The notes under the pieces are model-generated. The model was not told where the DNA came from and made no database searches. It was given only the letters and a program-made list of their open reading frames with translations. The translations under genes were made by a program, and so were the position numbers. This document shows, piece by piece, positions 50,754-59,315 of a DNA stretch of 64,000 bases; position 1 is the stretch's first letter, and each line of letters starts with the position of its first letter. The stretch spans positions 1,568,502-1,632,501 of the forward strand of contig CAVPBK010000006.1 in the NCBI GenBank assembly GCA_963701855.1, given 5' to 3'. This DNA comes from Nitrospirota bacterium. GTDB taxonomy: Bacteria > Nitrospirota > Nitrospiria > Nitrospirales > Nitrospiraceae.

Positions 50754-51530
50754 TTAGGAAGGATTAGAGGAGGGAGGCATTGTTTGAAGTGCCCAGGCCC
50801 TGATACGAGCGAGATCGGTCGATGAGAGATCGGTGAACTGAATATCGACATGCCAGATGGGGTTCCCGCTCGATGGGCCATTTGGCCCTGCTCCCGGAAC
50901 TCCGATGGTCAGGACCGTTCCATGAATGGTTAAGGGAGTGTTTTGACCAGAAATGGAAAATGCCAGTATGACATTCGTTCCTGTCAGGATCTTCGCGGTC
51001 GATTCGACCAATGCTCCGACATGGCTCAGTTGGGTAATCATGGCATTATAGTTGAGTCCCTGTGTCGATACTTGTCCGACCACACTCACCACGACGGGGA
51101 TTCTTGTGCCACGTCTGGGAGGGCTGAGCATCAGGTCTTGTGCACTGAGCACTCCAACCGGTTGGTTTTGTTTGGTGACGATTAAGAGAGAGGCGCCTGT
51201 CGCCATCATGAGCGTCGAAGCCTCTGTCAGGGCCTCATCGTACTCGATGAACTCCACCGGGCGTGTCATGATTGTCCGGACTTCGATGTCGTGCGGTTCG
51301 AGCCCCTGAGCGACGACTTTCTTCACAATGTCGGTCGGTGTCATAAGGCCGAACTGCGTGTCGGTATCCTTGATGAGCAGGCAGGGCGCGCGCTCTCGCT
51401 CAAGCAGCATTGCCGCCTCGCTGACAGATACGTCTCCCGGAACTTGCACGACCCCTGGTGTCATCATATGGGCAACCATAGTGGGTATCAGATGCGTCGT
51501 TTTGAAGGGCTTGTCATCGTCGTTCGTCAT
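50754..51530 (-). CDS. CBS-pair + PilZ domain protein
   Basis: Two CBS motifs, then PRRGTR (RxxxR) and QLSHVG in a PilZ-like barrel. Confidence 0.85.
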   Translation of the reverse strand: MTNDDDKPFKTTHLIPTMVAHMMTPGVVQVPGDVSVSEAAMLLERERAPCLLIKDTDTQFGLMTPTDIVKKVVAQGLEPHDIEVRTIMTRPVEFIEYDEALTEASTLMMATGASLLIVTKQNQPVGVLSAQDLMLSPPRRGTRIPVVVSVVGQVSTQGLNYNAMITQLSHVGALVESTAKILTGTNVILAFSISGQNTPLTIHGTVLTIGVPGAGPNGPSSGNPIWHVDIQFTDLSSTDLARIRAWALQTMPPSSNPS

Positions 51531-51706
51531 GGGCTCGAGACTTCCTCCGATTCGCGCCTGCACGATTCGTGAGGGTCCGCCCCTGGCGACGTATGCCAAG
51601 TATAGCAGACGGGGCTCCCTCGCCCGTGATCGAGGCTTCCCTTGTCAAACAAGGGGTTCGGCGAATAGACTAGGCCAATTGCCAGAACAGCACAAGGGTT
51701 AATCCT

Positions 51707-53194
51707 ATGCCTGATTCCAATTTCGTTCAACAGGACTTTCAGCGCCGCCTCAGGAATATTCCCCCACTGGGTATGGGGCTCTCAGTCGACGTCTATTCCC
51801 CCAATCTGTTCGAACTGGTGAACGAGCTCAGAGTGCGAGGACTCCAGGCAGGCTATCTCGAAGTCTTTAAGGCAACGACGACCGCACTGACAGCGGTTCG
51901 ACAGGCTGTGCCGGATATGCCGCTGGCGTACCACGGAGAAGGCCTGTGGATCACTCAGCCAGACGTGCAAGCATCTCCGTTCTTTCAGCAGGACGTCGGC
52001 GAGACGGTGGCGCAACTCAACAGCATACAAAGTCTCTGGCTGAATCATGAATGTGCGATGAAACAGATGGCAGGCTACTCGTTCGGCACCTATGTTCCTC
52101 CATTGTATACGCGGTTGAGCGCCGAGGTGGTGGCGGAAAATATCGCGATGGTTCAGCAGGCGGTGGATCGGCAGGGTCGTCGAGCGGATGGAACCTCACC
52201 GCTCTTTCTCTTGGAGATGCCGCCGCTCACATATTTTTCCGCCGGCACGATTCCGATTCCCCATTTTTTTCGCATCATCACCGCGCTGGTACCCTGCGGT
52301 CTCGTCCTGGACATCGGACACCTCTGGACGGCCTATCGCTATACCGCCACTTCCCGACGGATATCGCTTGGGCGATTCGTTGGGGCATTCCTCGACGAAT
52401 TTCCTCTGGAGCGGGTCGTCGAACTCCACGTAGCGGGATTGGCCTGCCATGAGTCGGCTGGTGAGCCAAAGGGAGGAGAGGGGCTTCCTGAATGGATCGA
52501 CGCCCATGCTGCGCCTATTCCATCGGTTCTCTTCACCATGCTCGAACAGGTTCTCGCCCATTCGAATCTCGTAAGTCTCCGGGCGGTGGCTCTTGAAGTG
52601 GACACCAAACCGATTGAGATAATTGTGGAGGAGTATGCAGAGGCTGTTCGGTGTTTCTCCCTCTTCGTTCAGCAGACGATGGCCAGAGGAACGGTTGTAG
52701 AGCCAATGGGACTACAGCCTTGTTCGGCCTCAGTCCAGAAGCCGGTGTGCCAGCCGGATCGACAGCAATTACGGGACGACTATGCGCGCTACGCGAAAAT
52801 TATCTCAGGACAAGCCCCGATGACAGGACTGGAGTGGGAGGAAGCGGCCTCGGAGGCGACTGGTGTAACACGGTACCGCGAGTCCTATTTGCCGCACGAG
52901 ATTTTGCATTGGGGAGGAGACCTCGAAGAAATGTTTCCGCAGACCTGCCGGGCGTTAGCAGAGCGGGGCATTGTTCTGACTGAGTTTGTGACCTTCTGGT
53001 TTCGGTCGCCACGACCCCTCACGCATTCGTATGATTTCTTCCTCCTCAAGATCGAACGGTTTCTCGAGTTTGTGACGGAGTGTGCGCCGGATGCGCGTGT
53101 CTGTGTGCAACAGGAATGCGACATGTTGCGCCTGGCTTATGCTCAGGCGAATGAAGTGGGGGAACCTGTGATGGAGATGGAGCCATCCCAATGA
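51707..53194 (+). CDS. DUF692/MNIO (multinuclear non-heme iron enzyme) fused to a C-terminal DUF2063-like domain
   Basis: GMG, YHG, NHE, LEMP, LDIGH, ELHVAG, DAH, LEVD ligand series. C-terminal YRESY...FPQTCRAL...F...P...FLEF. Confidence 0.85.
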   Translation: MPDSNFVQQDFQRRLRNIPPLGMGLSVDVYSPNLFELVNELRVRGLQAGYLEVFKATTTALTAVRQAVPDMPLAYHGEGLWITQPDVQASPFFQQDVGETVAQLNSIQSLWLNHECAMKQMAGYSFGTYVPPLYTRLSAEVVAENIAMVQQAVDRQGRRADGTSPLFLLEMPPLTYFSAGTIPIPHFFRIITALVPCGLVLDIGHLWTAYRYTATSRRISLGRFVGAFLDEFPLERVVELHVAGLACHESAGEPKGGEGLPEWIDAHAAPIPSVLFTMLEQVLAHSNLVSLRAVALEVDTKPIEIIVEEYAEAVRCFSLFVQQTMARGTVVEPMGLQPCSASVQKPVCQPDRQQLRDDYARYAKIISGQAPMTGLEWEEAASEATGVTRYRESYLPHEILHWGGDLEEMFPQTCRALAERGIVLTEFVTFWFRSPRPLTHSYDFFLLKIERFLEFVTECAPDARVCVQQECDMLRLAYAQANEVGEPVMEMEPSQ

Positions 53195-54354
53195 GTTTCT
53201 GGCAGTCACTCACCAGACCGGTCATCGGAATGGCTCCGATGGATGGGGTCACCGATGCGACGTTTCGCTATACCGTGGCGATGCACGGGAAGCCGGACGT
53301 CTCCTTCACGGAGTTCACGCATGTGCATGATGTCTGCCGGGGACCGGAGTTTCTGTTGGACTCCCTCATCTATCATGAGGCGGAACGACCGATCGTCGCG
53401 CAGCTCTATGGGAAAGAGCCGGACCTTTTCTACCAGGCCGCTCATGCCGTGTGTGAGTTGGGATTTGATGGATTGGATATCAACATGGGCTGTCCCTCCC
53501 GGAGTGTGGCCTCATCCGGGTCGGGAGCGGGACTAATCCGAACGCCGGATGTGGCCCAGGCCATTATGCAGGCCGCTCGGCAGGGAATCGCCGATTGGAC
53601 AGCTGGTCAGACCCTTGAAGGAGCCGGTCTCAAGCCTGGCAGAGTGGCGGCGATCTGGCGGATGAACGAGCTACGACAGGATGCCCGTCCGCTCGTCCGA
53701 CACACGATCCCACTGACTGTCAAGACACGGCTCGGCTACGACGTGGTAGTTATCGACCAATGGATCGAACATCTTCTCAGGGAGCAGCCGGCAGTCATCT
53801 CCCTTCATGGACGCACCTTGCAGCAAATGTATCGGGGGGAGGCGGATTGGAACGCCATTGCCCGGGCCGCGGAGATCGTGCGGGGGAGCGGAACTTTGCT
53901 GTTCGGCAACGGAGACGTGCATAGTTATCACGACGTCGTCCGTCGTGTGCGGGAGACCGGAGTCGATGGCGTGTTGGTTGGACGAGCCGCGCTCGGAGCC
54001 CCGTGGTTCTTTCGGCAGAAGGAAGAGGCGCGACTCATTCTACAGCAGCATCGTCCTGAGGAGGGGCTGGACCCGTGGCTGCCGACACTCAACGATCGTT
54101 TCGAGGTGTTACTCGATCATGCCCGCCGGTTCGAAGAGGCCTGTGGGCAGCGCCAGTTTCGGCGGATGCGCAAACATCTGGGGTGGTATTGCAAAGGGTT
54201 TCCACATGCAGCCTCGTTGCGAGCTGGTATGTTTCGAGTCTCGTCGGTCGCTGACTTGGAGCAGGTGCTCGCCGATTATCGCATGCACTGCACGAGTTTC
54301 AACGAGGTCTCCGACCAGATGCCGCTTGCTGCCGAGCCTTCTCCGGCGTTGTAG
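53191..54354 (+). CDS. dus: tRNA-dihydrouridine synthase family flavoprotein
   Basis: APMDGVTD, QL, DINMGCP, KTRLG, HGRT, NGD, GR, RKH. About 35-aa insertion before KTRLG. Confidence 0.93.
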   Translation: MSFWQSLTRPVIGMAPMDGVTDATFRYTVAMHGKPDVSFTEFTHVHDVCRGPEFLLDSLIYHEAERPIVAQLYGKEPDLFYQAAHAVCELGFDGLDINMGCPSRSVASSGSGAGLIRTPDVAQAIMQAARQGIADWTAGQTLEGAGLKPGRVAAIWRMNELRQDARPLVRHTIPLTVKTRLGYDVVVIDQWIEHLLREQPAVISLHGRTLQQMYRGEADWNAIARAAEIVRGSGTLLFGNGDVHSYHDVVRRVRETGVDGVLVGRAALGAPWFFRQKEEARLILQQHRPEEGLDPWLPTLNDRFEVLLDHARRFEEACGQRQFRRMRKHLGWYCKGFPHAASLRAGMFRVSSVADLEQVLADYRMHCTSFNEVSDQMPLAAEPSPAL

Positions 54355-54988
54355 ATGCCACTTATTCTGGCTTCAACCTCTCCGCGCCGACGTGAGTTGC
54401 TTGCTTTGCTGGGCATCCCATTCAACGTCAAAATACCACCCTTCGAGGAGCGGCTGGAGGTTGATTGTCCGGCGACCCAACAGGTAATGTCCTTCGCGCA
54501 GGGCAAGGCCCAGTCGGTCGCGAGGCAAGAGCCGGAAGCGATTGTGCTGGGGAGCGACACAGTGATTGAGTTGAATCATCACATGCTCGGGAAACCGGGC
54601 GATCTGGCGGAGGCCCGTGCGATGCTCCGGCGCCTGGCCGGCCGCGGTCATTTCGTACGCACGGCGGTTGCGCTCGTCTGTTCATCTCGTGCGATAGACG
54701 TTCGTTGCATTATCTACGGCCGTCGTTCGGATGAAGCCCTTCGACGAACAAATGCATGAGCAGTATCTCGGGACAAGAGAAAGTCTCGACAAGGCCGGCG
54801 CCTACTCGATCCAAGGAGAGGGCGGCGACCTGGTCGATTCCATTGACGGAGATTTTCCGACGGTAGTCGGCCTGCCGCTTCGCCTAGTCGCCCAGCTGCT
54901 TACACAAGCCGGTGTAAGCATGCCGGTCGATCTTGACGAACTCTATGCCATCAAGCCCTATGCCAACTGGGCCCGCTTCTCAGCCTAA
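54355..54988 (+). pseudogene. maf: Maf (YhdE-type) nucleoside triphosphate pyrophosphatase with a +1 frameshift at ~54703 (possibly sequencing error)
   Basis: LILASTSPRR, GSDTVI, LGKP in the first frame. DKAGAYSIQG and VVGLP in the second. Removing one base at GACGTTCGTT joins them. Confidence 0.88.
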
Positions 54989-55056
54989 TTGCAAAGGGGT
55001 AGGGGCTTCCGTACAATGCCGCCCCATCAATCTTTGCCTTATATACGGAGGGAGTC

Positions 55057-55728
55057 ATGAGCGTGCGATGCCTAACATCGGCGACGCGAATCGGTGGCGT
55101 TGCTATTTGTGCGGTCGCGGGCCTGTTGACGGTCGTCTGTCTCCATCCGGTCTTCGCGATCGATGCGAAGCTCTCAGCGGAAGAAGCACAAAAAGCCTTG
55201 GAAGCCGGGCGGGTGCCGATGGAGAAGGCCAATACCCCAGAGGACGTCAAGAAGATCCTCCAGCACGCTTCTATGGTTACGCGTGTAGGCGCCGATCCAG
55301 AGAAAGATTCCTGTGGTGCCAGTGCCGTCCTCCGGACCAAACGCTATCGACTTGAAGCCTTTGGCCGACAGGAAGCGGCGGAGTCCAAGAAGAGGAAAAC
55401 TGATGTGCGCATGCCAGAAGAGTTTATTAAGAAAGTCGTGGACATGCCCAATATGGAGATTGAAGTTCAGCTGTGTGGCGATGACGAATACTTTGCAGAA
55501 GGTGCCTTGATTGAGTTGCAACAGGGCTCCAAGAGGATCAAGCCCATCGATATTGGAAAAGCTGAACGTGGCCGAAAGAATGAGGGAAGCGGGCCGACCT
55601 ACCGGTCACGCTTTACCGCACTCTTTGCTTATGAAACATTCGATCCCACCGCGGCGTCCGTTTTCGTTGTGAATCTTCAGGATGGACATGAGGCGAGAAT
55701 CGCTGCCGATTTCTCTAAGGTGAAGTAG
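55057..55728 (+). CDS. Exported hypothetical protein with two mature-region Cys
   Basis: GGAG RBS, signal peptide VFA, 223 aa. Confidence 0.8.
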   Translation: MSVRCLTSATRIGGVAICAVAGLLTVVCLHPVFAIDAKLSAEEAQKALEAGRVPMEKANTPEDVKKILQHASMVTRVGADPEKDSCGASAVLRTKRYRLEAFGRQEAAESKKRKTDVRMPEEFIKKVVDMPNMEIEVQLCGDDEYFAEGALIELQQGSKRIKPIDIGKAERGRKNEGSGPTYRSRFTALFAYETFDPTAASVFVVNLQDGHEARIAADFSKVK

Positions 55729-55965
55729 CCACACCTCTTTGATCTTGTTTCGTGCCAATCTGCGCAACCGCTCCTGCTGTCCGGCGAGCGCCTGTTCCCC
55801 GTCAGATACTTGGTCTTACCTTTGCTAATCATGATAATAGTTGGCAGAAACATCAATAAATAGAGCGAATAGTGGGGCATTCCTCACCAAGAGGGGGTTT
55901 GTATGTGGCTTTTCGCGCCAAAACAACCTTGACCCCTTCCAGGGCAAAGGGCTAGCTTCATGATT

Positions 55966-56070
55966 ATGGTCTGTCTGGTTCATCTGGTTTGTTTGGTTTA
56001 TCTGGTTGGTCTGGTCAGTCAGGTTTAACCAAACAAACGAGACGAACAAGATAGGCCAGATAAACCAGAT
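55966..56070. repeat. 9-mer-periodic palindromic repeat (clearest copy)
   Basis: (TCTGGTTYR)n left arm, GGTTTAACC centre, right arm ending CCAGATAAACCAGAT. Confidence 0.8.
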
Positions 56071-56087
56071 TGGAGAAGGAGTGCAGC

Positions 56088-57461
56088 ATGACCGAAGAAT
56101 GGGGAGCAATTCTTGTCGTCGACGACGATGCGGAAATGCGGGAGCTTCTCCACGATGTGCTCAAGGATCGCGGGCATCAGATCTCAACGGCAGGGAGTGG
56201 GCAAGAGGCGTTGAAGCTGTTGGGCGAGCAAGACTATGCCGTGGTGTTGACGGATTTACGGATGAAAGGGATGCAGGGGACGGAGTTGCTGGCGGAAATC
56301 AGGCGGCTCTATCCCGATATCGGCGTCATTCTCATGACAGGCTTCGGGTCGGTGGACACCGCGGTCGAGGCTATGAAACGGGGCGCCAGCGACTACTTGA
56401 CCAAGCCGGTAAAAAACGACGAGTTGGTTCGCGTCGTCGAGCGTGTGATCCGCGAAGCATCGTTACGGCGTGAGGTGAACAGGCTCCGGCGCGAAGTCCA
56501 CAAGGAGTACAGCTTCCATCAGATCATCGGCAAGAGCAAACCGATGCAGGAGATATTCGACCTGATCCGGCGTGTGGCCGACAGTCCGACGAATCTGTTG
56601 ATCACCGGCGAGAGCGGAACCGGTAAGGAGTTGGTGGCCAAGGCGATCCATTACAATAGCGATCGCCGGGATGCTCCGTTTATCCCCGTCAACTGTGCCG
56701 CCATTCCGGAACAGCTGCTCGAAAGCGAGCTGTTCGGCCATATGCGAGGCGCATTCACGGATGCGAAGGCGGACAAGCGGGGCCTCTTTGAAGAGGCGCA
56801 GAAGGGCACGCTGTTTCTCGACGAGATCAGCGAACTGCCGTTGATGCTGCAGGCCAAAATCTTGCGCGCGATCCAAGAGAAAGAGATTCGCCGCGTGGGG
56901 GCCAACAAACCGATCGCCGTCGATGTACGCATCATTGCGGCAACGAATCTCACCCTGACGGAAGAGGTCAAGGCCAAGCGCTTCCGAGAAGACTTGTACT
57001 ACCGGCTCAATGTGATCGAACTGCGCTTGCCCCCCTTGCGCGAGCGCCGCGAAGATATTCTGCTGCTCGTAAACGCGTTTATGAAGAAGTGTGGGGAGTC
57101 TCGCGGAAAACAGATACAGGGCGTGAGTGAGTCTGCGCTGGCGATGTTGGTGGATTATTCCTGGCCCGGCAATGTTCGGGAACTGGAGAATGTGATCGAG
57201 CGGGCCGTCACGCTCAGCCGAAGCGAGCAGATTGTTCCTGACGATCTCCCGGTCACAATTCAAGGAGCCCGTGGCGATCGGCGCGTGCTGGACGATGCGG
57301 CTGAACGGACCCTGCCGCTGGACGAAGTGGAGAAAGAATACATCCTCAAGATTCTTGAGAAGACCGGTGGTAACAAATATCAGGCAGCCCACATGCTCGG
57401 AATCGATCGCAAGACGCTCTATCGGAAGCTGGGCGAGATCGAGGGGAAGACGCCGGGGTGA
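56088..57461 (+). CDS. sigma54-dependent response regulator (NtrC/AtoC family)
   Basis: REC domain plus GESGTGKE, ESELFGH, GAFTDA, FLDEI, WPGNVREL and a Fis HTH. Confidence 0.96.
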   Translation: MTEEWGAILVVDDDAEMRELLHDVLKDRGHQISTAGSGQEALKLLGEQDYAVVLTDLRMKGMQGTELLAEIRRLYPDIGVILMTGFGSVDTAVEAMKRGASDYLTKPVKNDELVRVVERVIREASLRREVNRLRREVHKEYSFHQIIGKSKPMQEIFDLIRRVADSPTNLLITGESGTGKELVAKAIHYNSDRRDAPFIPVNCAAIPEQLLESELFGHMRGAFTDAKADKRGLFEEAQKGTLFLDEISELPLMLQAKILRAIQEKEIRRVGANKPIAVDVRIIAATNLTLTEEVKAKRFREDLYYRLNVIELRLPPLRERREDILLLVNAFMKKCGESRGKQIQGVSESALAMLVDYSWPGNVRELENVIERAVTLSRSEQIVPDDLPVTIQGARGDRRVLDDAAERTLPLDEVEKEYILKILEKTGGNKYQAAHMLGIDRKTLYRKLGEIEGKTPG

Positions 57462-58543
57462 GCCAGGAATTATCCGATAGCGAACAGCAGTTTCGTCTCA
57501 TTGTGGAGGCCGCTCCCAATGGCATGCTGCTTGTGGACGAGCGTGGCACGATTATGATGGTGAATACCTCTGCACTCTACCAATTCGGCTACGAGAGGGA
57601 CGAGTTGCTCGGCAAGTCGGTCGAGATGCTCATTCCAGGGCCGTCTCGATTCGGTCACCGGCAGCACCGAGCCGGGTTCCAAAAAGCTCCCGAGAAACGA
57701 TTGATGGGAGGCGGACGCGAGCTATTTGGCTTGCGGAAGGACGGGAGTGAATTTCCTGTTGAAATCGGACTCACGCCTTTTCAGACATCCAAGGGAATGG
57801 GGGTGGTGGCGTCGATCTTGGATATTACCGAGCGCAAACGCATGGAGATGCAACTCCGACGGACTGAACGGTTGGCGGAGCTGGGCACATTGGCTTCCGG
57901 TATGGCGCATGAAATCGGCACGCCGATGAACGTGATCCTCGGGCGTGCGGAATATCTGCTCCAACGCACAGACGATGAAGGAATGAAGAAGGGTCTTGCC
58001 ACCATCGTTACGCAGGTCGAGCGAATCACCAAGGTGATGAATCAACTCCTTGCCTTTGCCAGACGGCGGACGCCGGAACGGCGGGCTGTCGATCTCGGTG
58101 AGATCGTGGACGACAGTCTGGAGATGTTCGAGGAACGGATCGCCCACAGCCGCATCACGGTTGAGAAAACGATCGAATCGTCCTTGCCTCTCGTCTGTGC
58201 CGATCGGGACCAGCTCATCCAAGTATTGATCAATCTTGTGATGAATAGTCTCCATGCCATGCCGGAGGGGGGGCGGCTTGGGCTGAGCCTTGACCGAGAG
58301 AACAGACACGTGCGGCTCAGTGTGTCCGATACCGGCCACGGGATGCCGGAGGAGATCCGCTCGAAGGTATTCGATCCATTTTTCACGACAAAAGATTTCG
58401 GGAAGGGGACCGGTTTGGGTCTCACGGTCGTGAAAGGTATCATTGAAGAACATGGCGGGACCATCGCTGTGGAGAGTGTAGTCGACAAGGGCACGACGTT
58501 TTGGATACGATTCCCCATTGACGAAGCTCCGCTGAAAACGTGA
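57458..58543 (+). CDS. PAS histidine kinase
   Basis: FixL-like PAS (H..HR, RLMG..RELFGLRKDG), AHEIGTP, N/G/F boxes. Confidence 0.95.
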   Translation: MSQELSDSEQQFRLIVEAAPNGMLLVDERGTIMMVNTSALYQFGYERDELLGKSVEMLIPGPSRFGHRQHRAGFQKAPEKRLMGGGRELFGLRKDGSEFPVEIGLTPFQTSKGMGVVASILDITERKRMEMQLRRTERLAELGTLASGMAHEIGTPMNVILGRAEYLLQRTDDEGMKKGLATIVTQVERITKVMNQLLAFARRRTPERRAVDLGEIVDDSLEMFEERIAHSRITVEKTIESSLPLVCADRDQLIQVLINLVMNSLHAMPEGGRLGLSLDRENRHVRLSVSDTGHGMPEEIRSKVFDPFFTTKDFGKGTGLGLTVVKGIIEEHGGTIAVESVVDKGTTFWIRFPIDEAPLKT

Positions 58544-58865
58544 AACTTTCCGGAAACCTCGAAGGTTCATCCGTCTTGCCTGTTCTCTAACGCCTTAGCC
58601 GTAACTTCAGACTCGACCTTCCGATAATGCAGTCTGGCGCTCTGATGTCGCAATCTGCGACAGAAGCGAGTTGCCCTCTGTTGCGATTTTCATCAGACTT
58701 TGGCGCATTTCCTTCCCCGGCCCTGCTCATTCCGAGGAAATCTCAAGCAAGTTGGCCCAGATCTGGAATCCATCATGTCTCGCAGGCGAGATGGTCCGGC
58801 TTGCACGGGTTGTGCATCCTATCCTGCTAGAAAGTGAAGAAGGCCTGACCCAAGGGGGGCAACGG

Positions 58866-59273
58866 ATGGCACAGGGGATGACAGAGGAAAGGAAGTCTGC
58901 CGTGATACTCATCGCCGAAGATGATCGGGAGATGCGGAGTCTCCTCTGCGATGAGCTGTATGATCTGGGGTTGTCCATCCGAGAAGCGGTTGATGGGGAC
59001 GAGGCTCTTCGATCGGTGCTCGATACCCGCCCTACGCTGATTATCTCGGATCTTCGTATGCCGGCAGGTGGATTAGATTATATTTCCAGGCTCCGGACGT
59101 TTGCTCCCGGGGTGCCGATTGTTCTGCTGACGTCATTTGGAGACTCTCAGACCAAAGCCAATGCCTTGGCTCTCGGCGTCGAGGCCTACTTCGATAAGCC
59201 GGTTCGCCTCAGCGAGCTCAAAGGGGCTGTGCGGAGGCTCTTAGGCCAGGCATTGGATGGAGAAATCAATTGA
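58866..59273 (+). CDS. Single-domain response regulator
   Basis: IAEDD, ISDLRMP, LLTSFG, FDKP. Confidence 0.9.
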   Translation: MAQGMTEERKSAVILIAEDDREMRSLLCDELYDLGLSIREAVDGDEALRSVLDTRPTLIISDLRMPAGGLDYISRLRTFAPGVPIVLLTSFGDSQTKANALALGVEAYFDKPVRLSELKGAVRRLLGQALDGEIN

Positions 59274-59315
59274 GATTTTGACAGTATTGATTCGTCAGCC
59301 TATGAGAGATGTGAG

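Noticed and set aside
51527..51730. Small ORF as MNIO precursor peptide
   Set aside because: Opposite strand, overlaps the promoter region and both flanking gene starts, and has no leader/core pattern.
55966..56070. Possible CRISPR array in the periodic repeats
   Set aside because: Units are ~9 bp and degenerate, with no unique spacers and no cas genes.
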